This document shows, in pieces, positions 1 through 12,419 of a stretch of 64,000 nt of DNA (within the stretch, counting starts at the first letter, position 1; each line of letters opens with the position of its first letter). Both the position numbers and the translations under genes were made by a program. The notes beneath the pieces were generated by a model. The model saw only the letters and a list, made by a program, of their open reading frames with translations. It did no database searches and was not told where the DNA came from. The stretch covers positions 28,210,001 through 28,274,000 of the forward strand of contig OX597841.1 of NCBI GenBank assembly GCA_951406725.2, in the 5' to 3' direction. Source of the stretch: Octopus vulgaris (taxonomy: Eukaryota).

Positions 1-470
1 CATCTGATAAGGGTACACCAGGCACATACATCACAACAATATGTGCGCGACATGGTGATCTCATATCAAGATAAACAGCATATGACCTTGCAGGTGGGGC
101 CCAGTTAGAATTTTCTTCAGGTCAAGTAACCCATCCTGCTGAAAAGATCTCTGAATAAGGGTTGTTTAAGGATGTTGAACGAAACACCCATATGAATTAC
201 CCAAACCCCAAAGAATCTCTCTCAACACATGGCTATGATGCTCTCCCACTACTTCTGCTTGTGATCAGAGATGCACATATCGTCAGCCACTAAGGAATAT
301 GCTCAACTGGTTAAGGTCAAACAAGTGACAAGCAAATCTGTGGTATTGAGCAGAATATTTGCTGTAACCTATCTTTTATACCAAGACAAAACAATGTACA
401 TGATAACTCTTCCAATCAATTAAGATGAGAAGCCATGAGAGCCACTGCCTGGTACTGCATCAGGGCATTT
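1..470. mobile_element. Non-coding interspersed element embedded in (TTA)n (partial copy)
   Basis: Homologous to 14606-15146, 15164-15420 and 13990-14026; abuts a TTA tract. Confidence 0.7.
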
Positions 471-658
471 TATCATTATTATTATTATTATCATTATTAT
501 TATTATCATTATTATTATTATCATTGAGTCAGCCACCAAGGGACATGCTCAACTGGTTATGGTCAAACAACTGACAAGCAAATCTGTGATATTGAGCAGA
601 ATATTTACTGTAGCCCATATTTTGTACCATTATTATTATCATTGTTGTTGTTGTTGTT

Positions 659-870
659 GGCGGCGAGCTGGCAGAATCATTAACATGCTGGATGAAATAC
701 TTAGTGGTATTTCACCAATCTGTACGTTCTGAGTTCAAATTCCGCCAAAGTCGACTTCGCCTTTCATCATTCCAGGGTCAATAAATTAAGTACCGGTTGC
801 ATACTGGGGTCGATCTAATCGACTGGCCCCCTCCCCCAAATTGTAGAGCCTTGTGCCTATTGTAGAAAGA
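659..870 (+). mobile_element. SINE with Nin/Deu-like domain
   Basis: Head GGCGGCGAGCTGGCAGAA with B box GAGTTCAAATTCC, then GCCTTTCATC..GGGTC.ATAAATTAAGTACC. Other copies at 15453-15665 (+), 30856 (+), 60515-61100 (-) and 62862-63097 (-). Confidence 0.75.
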
Positions 871-1053
871 ATTATTATTGTTGTTGTTTTTGTTGTTGTC
901 TCAGTTCAATTACTGCCAAGGTCAACATTTGCCTTTCATCCTTTTGAGACCAATAAAAGTAGCAGTCAAGAAATACCAGTTATATACTGGGGTTGATGTA
1001 ATCAACTTAGCCCCTTCCCCAAGATTTCAGGCCTTGTGCTTATAGTAGAAAGG

Positions 1054-1157
<104 letters not shown>

Positions 1158-1160
1158 GCA

Positions 1161-1560
1161 TAGGCGCAGGAGTGGCTGTGTGGTAAGTAGCTTCCTTACC
1201 AACCACATGGTTCCAGGTTAAGTCCCACTGCATGGCACCTTGGGCAAGTGTCTTCTACTATAGCTTCGGGCCGACCAAAGCCTTGTGAGTGGATTTGGTA
1301 GACGGAAACTGAATGAAGCCTGTCGTATATATGTATACGTATATACATATATGTGTGTGGGGGGTGTTGTCTCCCTAACATTGCTTGACAACTGGTGCTG
1401 CTGTGTTTACATCCCCCTAACTTAGCGGTTTGGCAAAAGAGACCGATAGAATAAGTACTAGGCTTAGAAAGAATAAGTCCCGGGGTCGATTTGCTCGACT
1501 AAAGGCGGTGCTCCAGCCTGGCCACAGTCAAATGACTGAAACGAGTAAAAGAAAGAAAGA

Positions 1561-1562
<2 letters not shown>
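1161..1562 (+). mobile_element. tRNA-derived CORE-type SINE (dominant family)
   Basis: Head TAGGCGCAGGAGTGGCTGTGTGGTAAG, CORE-like CCTTGGGCAAGT, internal (TA/TG)n and tail CAAATGACTGAAAC.AGTAAAAGA. More than 10 copies in the window. Confidence 0.85.
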
Positions 1563-1622
<60 letters not shown>

Positions 1623-2131
1623 TCAGTTGTAGTGTAGTAGAAATCATTACCAAAAGATGAGTCATATCCATGGGTTAATTAGTCTCGCTGTAAAATTAGG
1701 CTTATGAATCATTAATTATTATCGTTAGAGCAATTATTGTGCTTTTCAATCATCAATTTTGTATGATTATTCAAATGAGAACCATTTCGTTAAGGATTTT
1801 AATGATGTAGCCTTTCTGCTGCCACACTTCAGCCTTCTTTCTACTCTTTGATGAAATTGAGAGATTTCCAATCAATCAGTGGCGCTACGTGGCTCAGTGG
1901 TTTAGGCGTCGGACTTGTGATTGTAAGATCGCGGTTTCGATCCCTGTACCGGGCGACACGTTGTGTTCTTGAGCGAAACGCTTCATTTCACGTTGCTCCA
2001 GCCTGACCAGCTGGCAAACATGAGCAACCCTGCGACGGACCGGCGTTCCATCCAGGTGGGGAATTTCTATGACTCCGAAATCGGGAAACTGGCCCTTATT
2101 TGCCTGGCATGGCTAAAGAAGGAACATTTTT

Positions 2132-2470
2132 GGAGGCAGTGGTTATGGCAGCGGACTCGCGGTTGAGGGATCGCAGGTTCGAATCTCAGACCGGGTGATG
2201 TGTGTGTTTATGAGTGAAACACCTAAGCTCCACGCGGCTCTGGCAGAAGGTAATGGCGAACTTCTGCTGACTCTTTCACCACAACTTTCTGTCACTCTTA
2301 CATGGCCTAGTTGTTAGAGCAGCGGACTGGAGGTCGAGGGATTGCAGGTTCGAATCTCAGACCGGGTGATGTGTGTGTTTATGAGCGAAACACCTAAGCT
2401 TCATGCGGCTCCGGCAGAAGGAAATGGCAAACTTCTGCTGACTCTTTCGCCACAACTTTCTCTCACTCTA
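2132..2470 (+). mobile_element. Two tandem tRNA-derived SINE 5' halves
   Basis: A-box-like TGGCCTAGT and B box GGTTCGAATC; paralog of the 6-unit array at 18776-19800. Confidence 0.8.
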
Positions 2471-3490
2471 TATGAGATCTAAATCATCTACATGCTCGAA
2501 TCAATTGGTCCTTGTTCATTTTGGACATTTCTCTGACTATGGCAGCTTTCAAAGAATCTTTGGTGTTATAGGCGTGTCCATTGACCCCTCTCTCAACAAT
2601 GCTCCACATGTAATAGTCCAATGGATTAAGATCTGGGGAATCAGGAGGCCAAATATTAGGGGTTATGTGACCATGAAAATTTTCAGCCATCTACTCCTGT
2701 GTAACTGTGTGATAGTGCAGAGATTTACTGAGACACATATGGGCCTCTATTGCATACACTGTGTTTCCAGGGCTTATGAATTATTTCCAGGACCTCAATG
2801 TAGGCGGCAGAGTTAACTCTAAAGCCTTGTGGAAAGAAGTAAGGTGGCATCACATGTCCTTCATTGCTGACAACCCCTAAAACCATGACAGTTGCAGGAA
2901 ATTTTGTATGCTTAACACTTGGAACTTCAGAAGGGTCTGCACATAACCATCTGTCATTTCTTCTGTTACCTTTTTGATCTTGGTCGAAGTTTTTCTCGTT
3001 TGATAAACACCAAATCAAATCTTCTTCTGCTGGATTTTTCAGTTTGTTTAAGAGTCTTTTAGATCTGATGAAGTAATTTTCTTTTGCTTTTTTCTGACAA
3101 ACTGACCTTTCCTCATCGTATAAGATTTATATGTGATGTCTTCGTGGACAACATTTCTGACTGTTCCTTCTGACTCATGGAGATCTTTTGCAGCTGACCT
3201 TCTGGACTTTCTGGGATTGTAATCAATGGTCTGTTGAACTTACTGGATAAATTTATGCGTTCTGATGATTTCAGAGCATTTAGAATGCTTTTTATGCTTT
3301 GATACTGGTGATATATTTCCATCTTCAGTCTCTAGCTCCTTACAAACTTTGTGGACGAAAGATCTGGAAACCTTTGGAAACTGGGATATTTCTAAATCAC
3401 TATGCTCAGCCTTTATAACCATAATAACATCATGCCTCTTCATTTCTTGAGTAAGCTGATGGTTTGCCATTAATATTTTCTGAAATAAAG
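2471..3490 (-). pseudogene. Decayed Tc1/mariner-superfamily transposase, maT/DD37D-like
   Basis: Frameshifted pieces MANHQLTQEMKR..., SNEKNF, VMVLGVVS and WPPDSPDLNPLDYYMWS; third catalytic residue D as in maT. Confidence 0.85.
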
Positions 3491-3498
3491 TTTATACA

Positions 3499-3698
3499 CT
3501 GTTGTGTCTGGGGAGAGTCATTTTCTTTTTGTACCTTATTATTTAACACACTCACTGGTAAAATTTCCACTTATTTCTTAATAAAAATAAAAATTAAAAA
3601 TAAATAAAAATAAAAATAAGAAATAAGTGGAAATTTTACCAGTGAGTGTGTTAAATAATAAGGCACAAAAAGAAAATGACTCTCCCCAGATACAACAG
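3499..3698. mobile_element. Fold-back MITE with about 80-bp inverted arms
   Basis: CTGTTGTGTCTGGGGAGAGTCATTTTC...GAAAATGACTCTCCCCAGATACAACAG around an A-rich spacer; paralog at 20936-21334. Confidence 0.85.
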
Positions 3699-3826
3699 AA
3701 TATGCTTCAACACACGAACTCACATAAAGAATCTTGCAAACCAAATTCAAAAATGAAAGATTCTACAGAGTTAGCAAAAAATGCAGCAATGCCCCCAAAA
3801 AGGGTATGTCCTCTGATACCTTACGC

Positions 3827-4981
3827 CAGTGCTTTTCAACCATTTTGCTGGAGTAGAACCCCAAGGAAACATTCCACTGGCTCGAGGAACCCCTGTGCAA
3901 TAATTTAATAGTCTTATGCACACATATCTGCACAGGAGAATTAAAAATTACTGTCGATTTTAGCAGTTTTGTAACTTCTTGTGGAACCCCTGGACTGTAC
4001 TGGCGGAACCCTGGTTGAAAACCACTGAGTTAGACACAGTCAGTTAGACACTAGTTAGACCAGTGCTTTTCAATATTTTTGCTGGAGCAGAACCCCAAGG
4101 AAACATTCCACTGGCTCGAGGAACCCCTGTGCAATAATTTAATAGTCTTATGCACACATATCTGCACAGGAGAATTAAAAATTACTGCCGATTTTAGCAT
4201 TTTTGTAACTTCTTGCAGAACCCCTGGACTGTACTGGCGGAACCCTGGTTGAAAACCACTGAGTTAGACACAGTCAGTTAGACACTAGTTAGACCAGTGC
4301 TTTTCAAACTTTTTGCTGGAGCGGAACCCCCAAGGAAACATTCCACTGGCTCGAGGAACCCCTGTGCAATAATTTAATAGTCTTAGGCACACATATCTGC
4401 ACAGGAGAATTAAAAATTACTGCCGATTTTAGCAGTTTTGTAACTTCTTGCGGAACCCCCGGACTGTACTGGCGGAACCCTGGTTGAAAACCACTGAGTT
4501 AGACACAGTCAGTTAGACACTAGTTAGACCAGTGCTTTTCAATCTTTTTGCTGGAGCGGAACCCCAAGGAAACATTCCACTGGCTCGAGGAACCACTGTG
4601 CCATAATTTAATAGTCTTATGCACACATATCTGCACAGGAGAATTAAAAATTACTGCCGATTTTAGCAGTTTTGTAACTTCTTGCGGAACCCCGGACTGT
4701 ACTGGCGGAACCCTGGTTGAAAACCACTGAGTTAGACACAGTCAGTTAGACACTAGTTAGACCAGTGCTTTTCAATCTTTTTGCTGGAGCGGAACCCCAA
4801 GGAAACATTCCACTGGCTCGAGGAACCACTGTGCCATAATTTAATAGTCTTAGGCACACATATCTGCACAGGAGAATTAAAAATTACTGCCGATTTTAGC
4901 AGTTTTGTAACTTCTTGCAGAACCCCTGGTCTGTACTGGCGGAACCCTAAGGTTCCGCAGAACCCTGGTTGAAAACCACTG
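3827..4981. mobile_element. Tandem array of 5 hAT MITEs (about 201 bp plus 33-bp spacer)
   Basis: TIRs CAGTGCTTTTCAACC / GGTTGAAAACCACTG. Units start at 3827, 4061, 4295, 4530, 4763. Outer TSD CCTTACGC at 3819-3826 and 4982-4989. Confidence 0.92.
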
Positions 4982-5313
4982 CCTTACGCACCCTGTATAT
5001 AACCAAGACCACATAACTGGCAAGCATACTTCTTAAACAAACAGCCTTGCCACCACCTGAAAACTATGGCAAGAGTTTTTGTGGTTTATTTTAATTACTT
5101 CCAAGGTTTTAATTAATTAAAATTTCTTTAGTTCCCAACATCAAATATATGAGTTCCTACTTTCCCGTTAATGTTTTAAGATTCTGGCATCTTTTCGTAT
5201 GGGATTTTGGGGGGGGGGGGGGGTTTAAATTTCTTTTATTTATTTATTTTTGGTTTTATTTTTTATTTATTATTCATTTTTTTTTGGTTTCAGCTATTTT
5301 TATTACAACCCTC

Positions 5314-5795
5314 GCCACCACCACCACCACCACCACCACCACCAATAGCTATACCACCATCACCACCCCGACCACTAACACCACCATCACCACCACCACC
5401 ACCACCACCCCCACTAACACCACTAACAACAACACCACAACCTCACATTACTACCACCACCACCACCACCACCACCACCACCTCAACCATCATCAGCACC
5501 ACCTTGGCTGCCTCTGCCACCACCACCCAACCACCACCACCACCACCACTAACACCACTAACAACAACACCACAACACCACAACCCCCACCACCACCACC
5601 GTCAACACCGCCACCACCACTGCCTCTGTCGTCACCTCCCCCCACCGTCTTCCCTGAAATATTGACGAGTTTCTAATAATACAGCATTTCTTGAGAACGT
5701 GTTAGTTTGTTAACGATCAGTCTGACACCTGTCGTCATACATATCATCATCATCATCATCATCATTACCATCATCATCCTCAACATCATCATTAC

Positions 5796-5831
<36 letters not shown>

Positions 5832-6400
5832 TACCATCATCATCATCATCATCATCATCATTACCATCATCATCATCATTACCATCATCATCATCACAAC
5901 CACAATCACCCTCCTCCACTTCATCATCATCATCATCATCACAACTACAACCACCACCCTCCTCATCTTCCTCATCATCCTCACAGCCACAATCACCCTC
6001 CTCTTCATCGTCATCATCATCATCACAACCACAACCACCACCCTCCCCCTCCTCCTTTCCATCATCATCATCACCACCACCGCCCTCCTCATCCTCATCC
6101 TCATCATCATCACCACCACCACAACCACTCTCCTCCTCCTCATCATCATCATCATCACCACAACCACCCTCCTCCTCATGCTCATCATCATCATCACCAT
6201 CATCACCACCACAACCACTGCCCTCCTCCTCCTCCTCCTCATCATCATCATCATCATCATCATCACCACAACCACTCTCCTCCTCCACCTCCTCTTCTTC
6301 CTCCTCCTCCTCATCATCATCATTATTGCTGCACTAGTTATTGTTATTATTATCCTTGTTGTTGTTGTTGTTGTTGTCGTCGTCGTTATTGTTATTGTTG
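5314..6400. repeat. Compound (CAC)n/(CAT)n/(CCT)n/(GTT)n microsatellites with unique islands
   Basis: Direct inspection; paralog at 24150-25205. Confidence 0.95.
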
Positions 6401-6886
6401 TTGTTACTGTCGTTCTTTTATTGTTCTTTTTGCGCGAGGTGTCAGACGAATTCGTTAACGAGCTTAATCAGACGAGCCACAATTAAACGAGGAAATATTT
6501 ATAGCCAATGCACTCGCTCCTGCGAAAATTTCGGTGGAGGAGAGAAATTGGAATGAAGTCGAGAACTGAAGCAGTGGAACGGAGGAGGGGATGGGCGTGG
6601 GGGGAAGGGAGGTGGGGCTGGGGGGTGGGGGAGGGTGACAAATGGAATGAAGTATTGTCGTTGTCGTTGTTGTCGTCGTTGTCATTGTTGTTGTTCTTTC
6701 AAATGAAGGGTCATCCCTAATCAAGGAGGTAGTACGTGTTCGAAAGCATTCCAGTCATGACCATCCAGACTTTTACCGTGTGTGCAAGGTGCTCAAGACT
6801 AACAACATTATCATCTACTGCACCAATTTTTTTTTTTTTTTTTTTGTTTTAGCCAAAAAGAGCTTTAAGGGATATTTGGCTGCTAT

Positions 6887-6986
6887 NNNNNNNNNNNNNN
6901 NNNNNNNNNNNNNNNNNNNNNNNNNNNNNNNNNNNNNNNNNNNNNNNNNNNNNNNNNNNNNNNNNNNNNNNNNNNNNNNNNNNNNN
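6887..6986. other. Assembly gap (100 N)
   Basis: Run of exactly 100 n. Confidence 0.99.
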
Positions 6987-7078
6987 CGATGATGATGAAG
7001 ATGATACGTGACCTCGTGAGTACCGCTGTCGATTTTTTTTCCTCTGTCTTCCCTTCTCGGGATCTTTCCTTCTCCTAT

Positions 7079-7113
7079 GTTTCCGACGAAGAGCTCCGCT
7101 CGAAACGTTAAGC
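7079..7113 (+). ncRNA. Minimal type-I hammerhead-like motif with U4C core variant
   Basis: GTTT-CCGACGA-A-GAGC(TCC)GCTC-GAAA-CG-TT-AAGC; palindromic AACGTT stem III; GUU triplet. Confidence 0.55.
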
Positions 7114-7405
7114 CCTCCTTCTTCCCTTCTTTCCTGAGTGTCCAATAATACTATATTTGTTCCACGTCCTCGCATTGTTGTGTTTTTTTTGTGTTTTCTT
7201 GTTTGGATTAACTATATATATATAGAGAGAGAGAATGGTTGTATACTGTCAATCTAATACGAACGTGACAGTAGGGGGGTACACCACCGCTGTATAGCCC
7301 TAAGAAGCATCGACGCCTCCTGATGGCTTTGACACATTTTTCCCTGTGTCCTTATATACATTTACGAAGGGGAGACAAACACCCCCGGCCGCCGGAGCTG
7401 CATCT

Positions 7406-7444
7406 AGGGACACGTGTTTCAGGATCATTGTCCTTCATCGGCCT
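7406..7444 (-). ncRNA. Minimal type-I hammerhead-like motif with U4C core variant
   Basis: Minus strand AGG-CCGATGA-AGGA(CAATGA)TCCT-GAAA-CACGTG-TC-CCT; palindromic ACACGTGT stem III; GUC triplet. Confidence 0.6.
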
Positions 7445-7461
7445 TCATTGTCCTTCATCGG

Positions 7462-7498
<37 letters not shown>

Positions 7499-7994
7499 GT
7501 GTGTGTGTGTGTATGTATGTGTACATAGTGTACAAATCATTATGAAACACCTGACGTAGACGCTGCCAAAAAAATGATGAAGGTTTATTATTGTTGCGTG
7601 GAATAAAACAAACCATAAATATTACAGCCGTAAATTTTAGTTTAAAAATATTCAATGTTATGAATCCTTGATTGCAAGATTCTTTATAAAAAAAGCTGCT
7701 TCGTGCTGTATTCATTCTAAAGGATTTTCATTTATATTTAAAAATAATATCAGAATAGATTTGTTTGTGTACAATGATGATTAAAATAAATTGCAGAGCA
7801 AGCAACTGGAGCAGAGAGTGATATTGAAATAACTTGATTTAATGAAAAATTGATAAATCGGTGGCAGAGCTTCAGAATTTCCGCCCTAGATACAGATGTG
7901 GCGATCTTTCGTCTCTAGTAGACCTTTGATTTTGATTTTGATTTTTCCAGTTTCAGCTAATGAGCTGTGGCCATGCTGGGGCACCGCCATTTGA

Positions 7995-8575
7995 AAATTT
8001 TGCATTATTTAGCTTGTTATTCTCTTTAAGTGAACATTTTTCTAGTTGAAATACACCGAAAAATGGCGACACAGCAGTCAAAAACTAGGGATTTTCATAG
8101 AAAAAAAAGCACCTTTTTGATGTAAATAAATTTTGGTGTTAACATGGTCCGATTTGAATTTTTTCTTCTACGGAATGAAGAGTAGACCTTCTTCTATCAT
8201 ATTCTCAATTTTAGTCAACTTGCGCCAAACCTGCCATACACAGACAACTCCAGCTTTATATATATATATACTAGCAGTATTGCTCAGCATTGCTCGGGTT
8301 TGTTTCAACCCTTTAGAATTGAAATTTTTGAAAAGTAAAAAATTTGCATTATGTAGCTTGTTATTCTCTTGAAGTCAACATTTTTCTGGTTGAAATTCAC
8401 CAAAAAATGGCGACACAGCAGTCAAAAAATCGTAATAGGGATTTTCATAGAAAAAAAACACCTTTTTGATGTAAATAATTTTGATGTTAACATGGTTCGA
8501 TTTGAAATTTATCTTCTACAGAATGGATAGCAAGCCTTCTTCTATCATACTCTCAATTTTGGTCGACTTGTGCAA
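7995..8575 (-). mobile_element. Two partial non-autonomous Helitron copies in tandem
   Basis: Reverse complement of the 9688-10915 family; CTAG 3' end at 8271. Confidence 0.75.
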
Positions 8576-8627
8576 AAGTTCCGTCGATTTCCGTAAAAAA
8601 AATTTTTTTTTTTTTACATATGGGCTT

Positions 8628-9228
8628 TTTTTACATAGGCGCAGGAGTGGGTGTGTGGTAAGTAGCTTGCTAACCAACCACATGATTCCGGGTTCAGTCC
8701 CACTGCGTGGCATCTTGGGCAAGTGTCTTCTGCTATAGCCCCGGGCCGACCAATGCCTTGTGAGTGGATTTGGTAGACGGAAACTGAAAGAAGCCTTTCG
8801 TATATATGTATATATATATATATAGGTGCAGGAGTGGCTGTGTGGTAAGTAGCTTGCTAACCAACCACATGATTCCAGGTTCAGTCCCACTGCGTGGCAT
8901 CTTGGGCAAGTGTCTTCTGCTATAGCCCCGGGCCGACCAATGCCTTGTGAGTGGATTTGGTAGACGGAAACTGAAAGAAGCCTGTCGTATATATGTATAT
9001 ATATATATGTATGTGTGTATGTTTGTGTGTTTGTGTTTGTCCCCCTAGCATTGCTTGACAATCGATGCTGGTGTGTTTATGTCCCCGTCACTTAGCGGTT
9101 CGGCAAAAGAGACCGATAGAATAAGTACTGGGCTTACAAAGAATAAGTCCTGGGGTCGATTTGCTCGACTAAAGGCGGTGCTCCAGCATGGCCGCAGTCA
9201 AATGATTGAAACAAGTAAAGAGAGAGAG
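8628..9228 (+). mobile_element. CORE-type SINE with duplicated 5' half
   Basis: Heads at 8636 and 8823; TSD TATGGGCTT at 8619-8627 and 9229-9237. Confidence 0.88.
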
Positions 9229-9687
9229 TATGGGCTTGCGGGAACTTTTGAAGTAATGAGAGCGAAAGAGACTAAGAGAAAGCGATTGTATGACGAGAGA
9301 AGTTCTTTTGAAGTTACCGTCCAGGGGAAGCATTGATGTACATGTGCGTGTGTGTGTGTGTGTTTGATGGGGTGTGGGAGACAGACAGTATGTTGTGTAA
9401 GTGAAGTGCTTCTGTTAGTGTGTTTGAAGAGACAGAGTAATGTGTGAAAGAAAGAGATAACTGAAATTTTTTACTCGGTGTATGTGTATATGTATGTATA
9501 TTACTTCAAAAGTTCCCGCAAGCCCATATGTAAAAAAAAAAAAAAAAAATTTTTTTTTACGGAAATCGACGGAAATGTCTACTAGAGACGAAAGATCGCC
9601 TACAGATGTTATCCCTTCAGTGAGTAATAGAACTGACAAAAAGACGAAAAAAAAATATCGCCGACGATGAAGTTTGAGGGATTGCAA

Positions 9688-10915
9688 TCTTTATATATAA
9701 AGCTGAAGTTGTCTGTGTATGGCAGGTTTGGTAGCCTTCTACTAACCCTATCTCCTCCGAGACCCTGTGACAAAAGTTGACCAAAATTGAGAGAATGATA
9801 GAAGAAGGCTTGCTCTTCCTTCCGTAGAAGAAAAAATTCAAATCGGACCATGTTAACACCAAAAATTATTTACATCAAAAAGGTGCTTTTTTCTATGAAA
9901 ATCCCTATTTTTTACTATTTATAAAGTTGAAGTTGTCTGTGTATGGCAGGTTTGGTAGCCTTCTACTAACCCTATCTCCTCCGAGACCCTGTGACAAAAG
10001 TTGACCAAAATTGAGAGAATGATAGAAGAAGGCTTGCTCTTCCTTCCGTAGAAGAAAAAATTCAAATCGGACCATGTTAACACCAAAAATTATTTACATC
10101 AAAAAGGTGCTTTTCTTCTATGAAAATCCCTATTTTTTACTATTTATAAAGTTGAAGTTGTCTGTGTATGACAGGTTTGGTAGCCTTCAACAAACACTAT
10201 CTCTTCCGAGACCCTGCGGTACAAGTTGACCAAAATTGAGAGTATGATAGAAGAAGGCTTGCTCTTCCTTCCGTAGAAGAAAAAAATTCAAATCGAACCA
10301 TGTTAACACAAAAATTATTTACATCAAAAAGGTGGGTTTTTTTCTATGAAAATCCCTATTTTTTACGATTTTTTTTACTGCTGTGTCGCCATCTTTTGGT
10401 GAATTTCAACCAGAAAAATGTTCACTTAAAGAGAATAACAAGCTACATAATGCAAAATTTTTATTTTTCAAAAATTCCAATTCTAAAGGGTTGAAACAAA
10501 CCCGAGCAATGCCGGGCGATACTGCTAGTATATATATATAAAGCTGAAGTTGTCTGTGTATGGCAGGTTTGGTAGCCTTCAACTAACACTATCTCCTCCA
10601 AGACCCTGTGGTGCAAGTTGACCAAAATTGAGAGTATGATAGAAGAAGGCTTGCTCTTTCTTCCGTAGAAGGAAAAATTCAAATCAGACCATGTTAACAC
10701 AAAAATTATTTACATCAAAAAGGTGGGTTTTTTTCTATGAAAATCCCTATTTTTTACGATTTTTGACTGTTGTGTCGCCGTTTTGCGGTGTATTTCAACC
10801 AGAAAAATGTTCGCTTAAAGAGAATAACAAGTTACATAATGCAAAATTTACTTTTCAAAAATTCCAATTCTAAAGGGTCGAAACAAACCTGAGCAACGCC
10901 AGGCGATACTACTTG
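9688..10915 (+). mobile_element. Non-autonomous Helitron with 3 x 225-bp internal repeat, plus a head-to-tail second unit
   Basis: A|TCTTTATATATAAA start; 3' hairpin CCCGAGCAATGCCGGG then CTAG|T at 10525-10528; second unit 10530-10915. Confidence 0.85.
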
Positions 10916-11259
10916 TGAATGATAACGACAGATTTAGATAGCGAGTATGTTGTGAGGGTGAAGGCCTCCGAGAATAAAAAGTGGTGGATGAGGATAAATA
11001 CAGAATTCAAAATGGATCATAGAAGCTAAATGGTTTACTGCCTTTTTTTTTTTTTCTGAAAGTATTTTCTGAGTTTGACAATTGTTGTCCGACAATGATT
11101 AGCTTTCGTCTCTCTTTCAAACCATGTTTTTAATTCTTTGTATCTCTTCTCTTCATTGGAATAATAACTTGTCGTTTTGACTGACATAAAGTATGGTGGA
11201 AAGAATCACCGAAAAGAAGCGATATGTAATTTTGTCTTTTGTTTGTGTGTGTGTGTGTG

Positions 11260-11292
11260 TAGATAGATAGATACACAGACAGACGGATAGAT

Positions 11293-11370
<78 letters not shown>

Positions 11371-11445
11371 CAGACACAGATAGATAGATAGATAGATAGA
11401 GAGATAGATAGATAGATAGATAGATAGACAGACACAGAGAGATAC

Positions 11446-11486
<41 letters not shown>

Positions 11487-11497
11487 CAGACACAGAG

Positions 11498-11535
<38 letters not shown>

Positions 11536-11545
11536 TGAGATAGAT

Positions 11546-11596
<51 letters not shown>

Positions 11597-11597
11597 C
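11260..11597. repeat. (GATA)n microsatellite
   Basis: Direct inspection; similar tracts at 27123-27698 and 37680-38470. Confidence 0.97.
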
Positions 11598-11828
11598 AAG
11601 AACAATAGTAACAATAACAACAACAACAATAATCAAACAACCATGACAGCAACAACAACAACAACAACAACCATAACAACATATTTACACATCTTAAATC
11701 TAGCAGCCATCAATACAGCAAATTTTAGTCTGACCTTTGACACACCTTTACACTCCAAATATGGATTGTTTCCATAAATATAGCTGTAAGTCAAGAGGTG
11801 AGGGTGAGGATGGAGGTGGAGGGTCAGT

Positions 11829-11867
<39 letters not shown>

Positions 11868-12132
11868 TGTGTCTGTGTGTGTGTGTGTGTGTCTGTGTGT
11901 GTGTGTGTAAATGTAACTATTCTTGCTTGCACTTACGCATACACATGCTTACCTATATATATATATACATACTTACCTATATATATATATATATGAATGC
12001 ATGCATGCATATGTATGTATACGTGCACTTATATACATTTCTGTGTGTGTGTGTGTATATATACACATACATTTATGTATTTATAATGGTTTTTGGCATT
12101 AGAAATTTTTTCTTTTGCATTACTTATAAATT

Positions 12133-12222
<90 letters not shown>

Positions 12223-12253
12223 GTATATGTATATATATATATATGTATGTATG

Positions 12254-12308
<55 letters not shown>

Positions 12309-12419
12309 CATAAGTAAGGGCAAAAGAAAAAATTTCTAATGCCAAAAGCCATTATAATTCGTCACTACAAGCACATATTTTGAAGAAAGCCGACAGAAAT
12401 TTCTAAAAAAATCCCGTTA

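Larger units (their letters stand above)
7900..9600. mobile_element. Non-autonomous Mutator-like element with nested insertions
   Basis: Termini GGCGATCTTTCGTCTCTAGTAGAC / GTCTACTAGAGACGAAAGATCGCC. 9-bp TSD TACAGATGT at 7891-7899 and 9601-9609. Left TIR resumes at 8579-8627 and 9238-9257. Confidence 0.85.

Noticed and set aside
3827-4981. Repeat-spacer pattern resembling a CRISPR array (also 21464-23827)
   Set aside because: The 33-bp spacers are identical, the repeats are 200-bp MITEs with TIRs and TSDs, there are no cas genes, and the context is eukaryotic.
5710-6288. Asp/Glu-rich ORF resembling an acidic biomineral protein
   Set aside because: Trinucleotide repeats; the frame is not preserved in the paralog.
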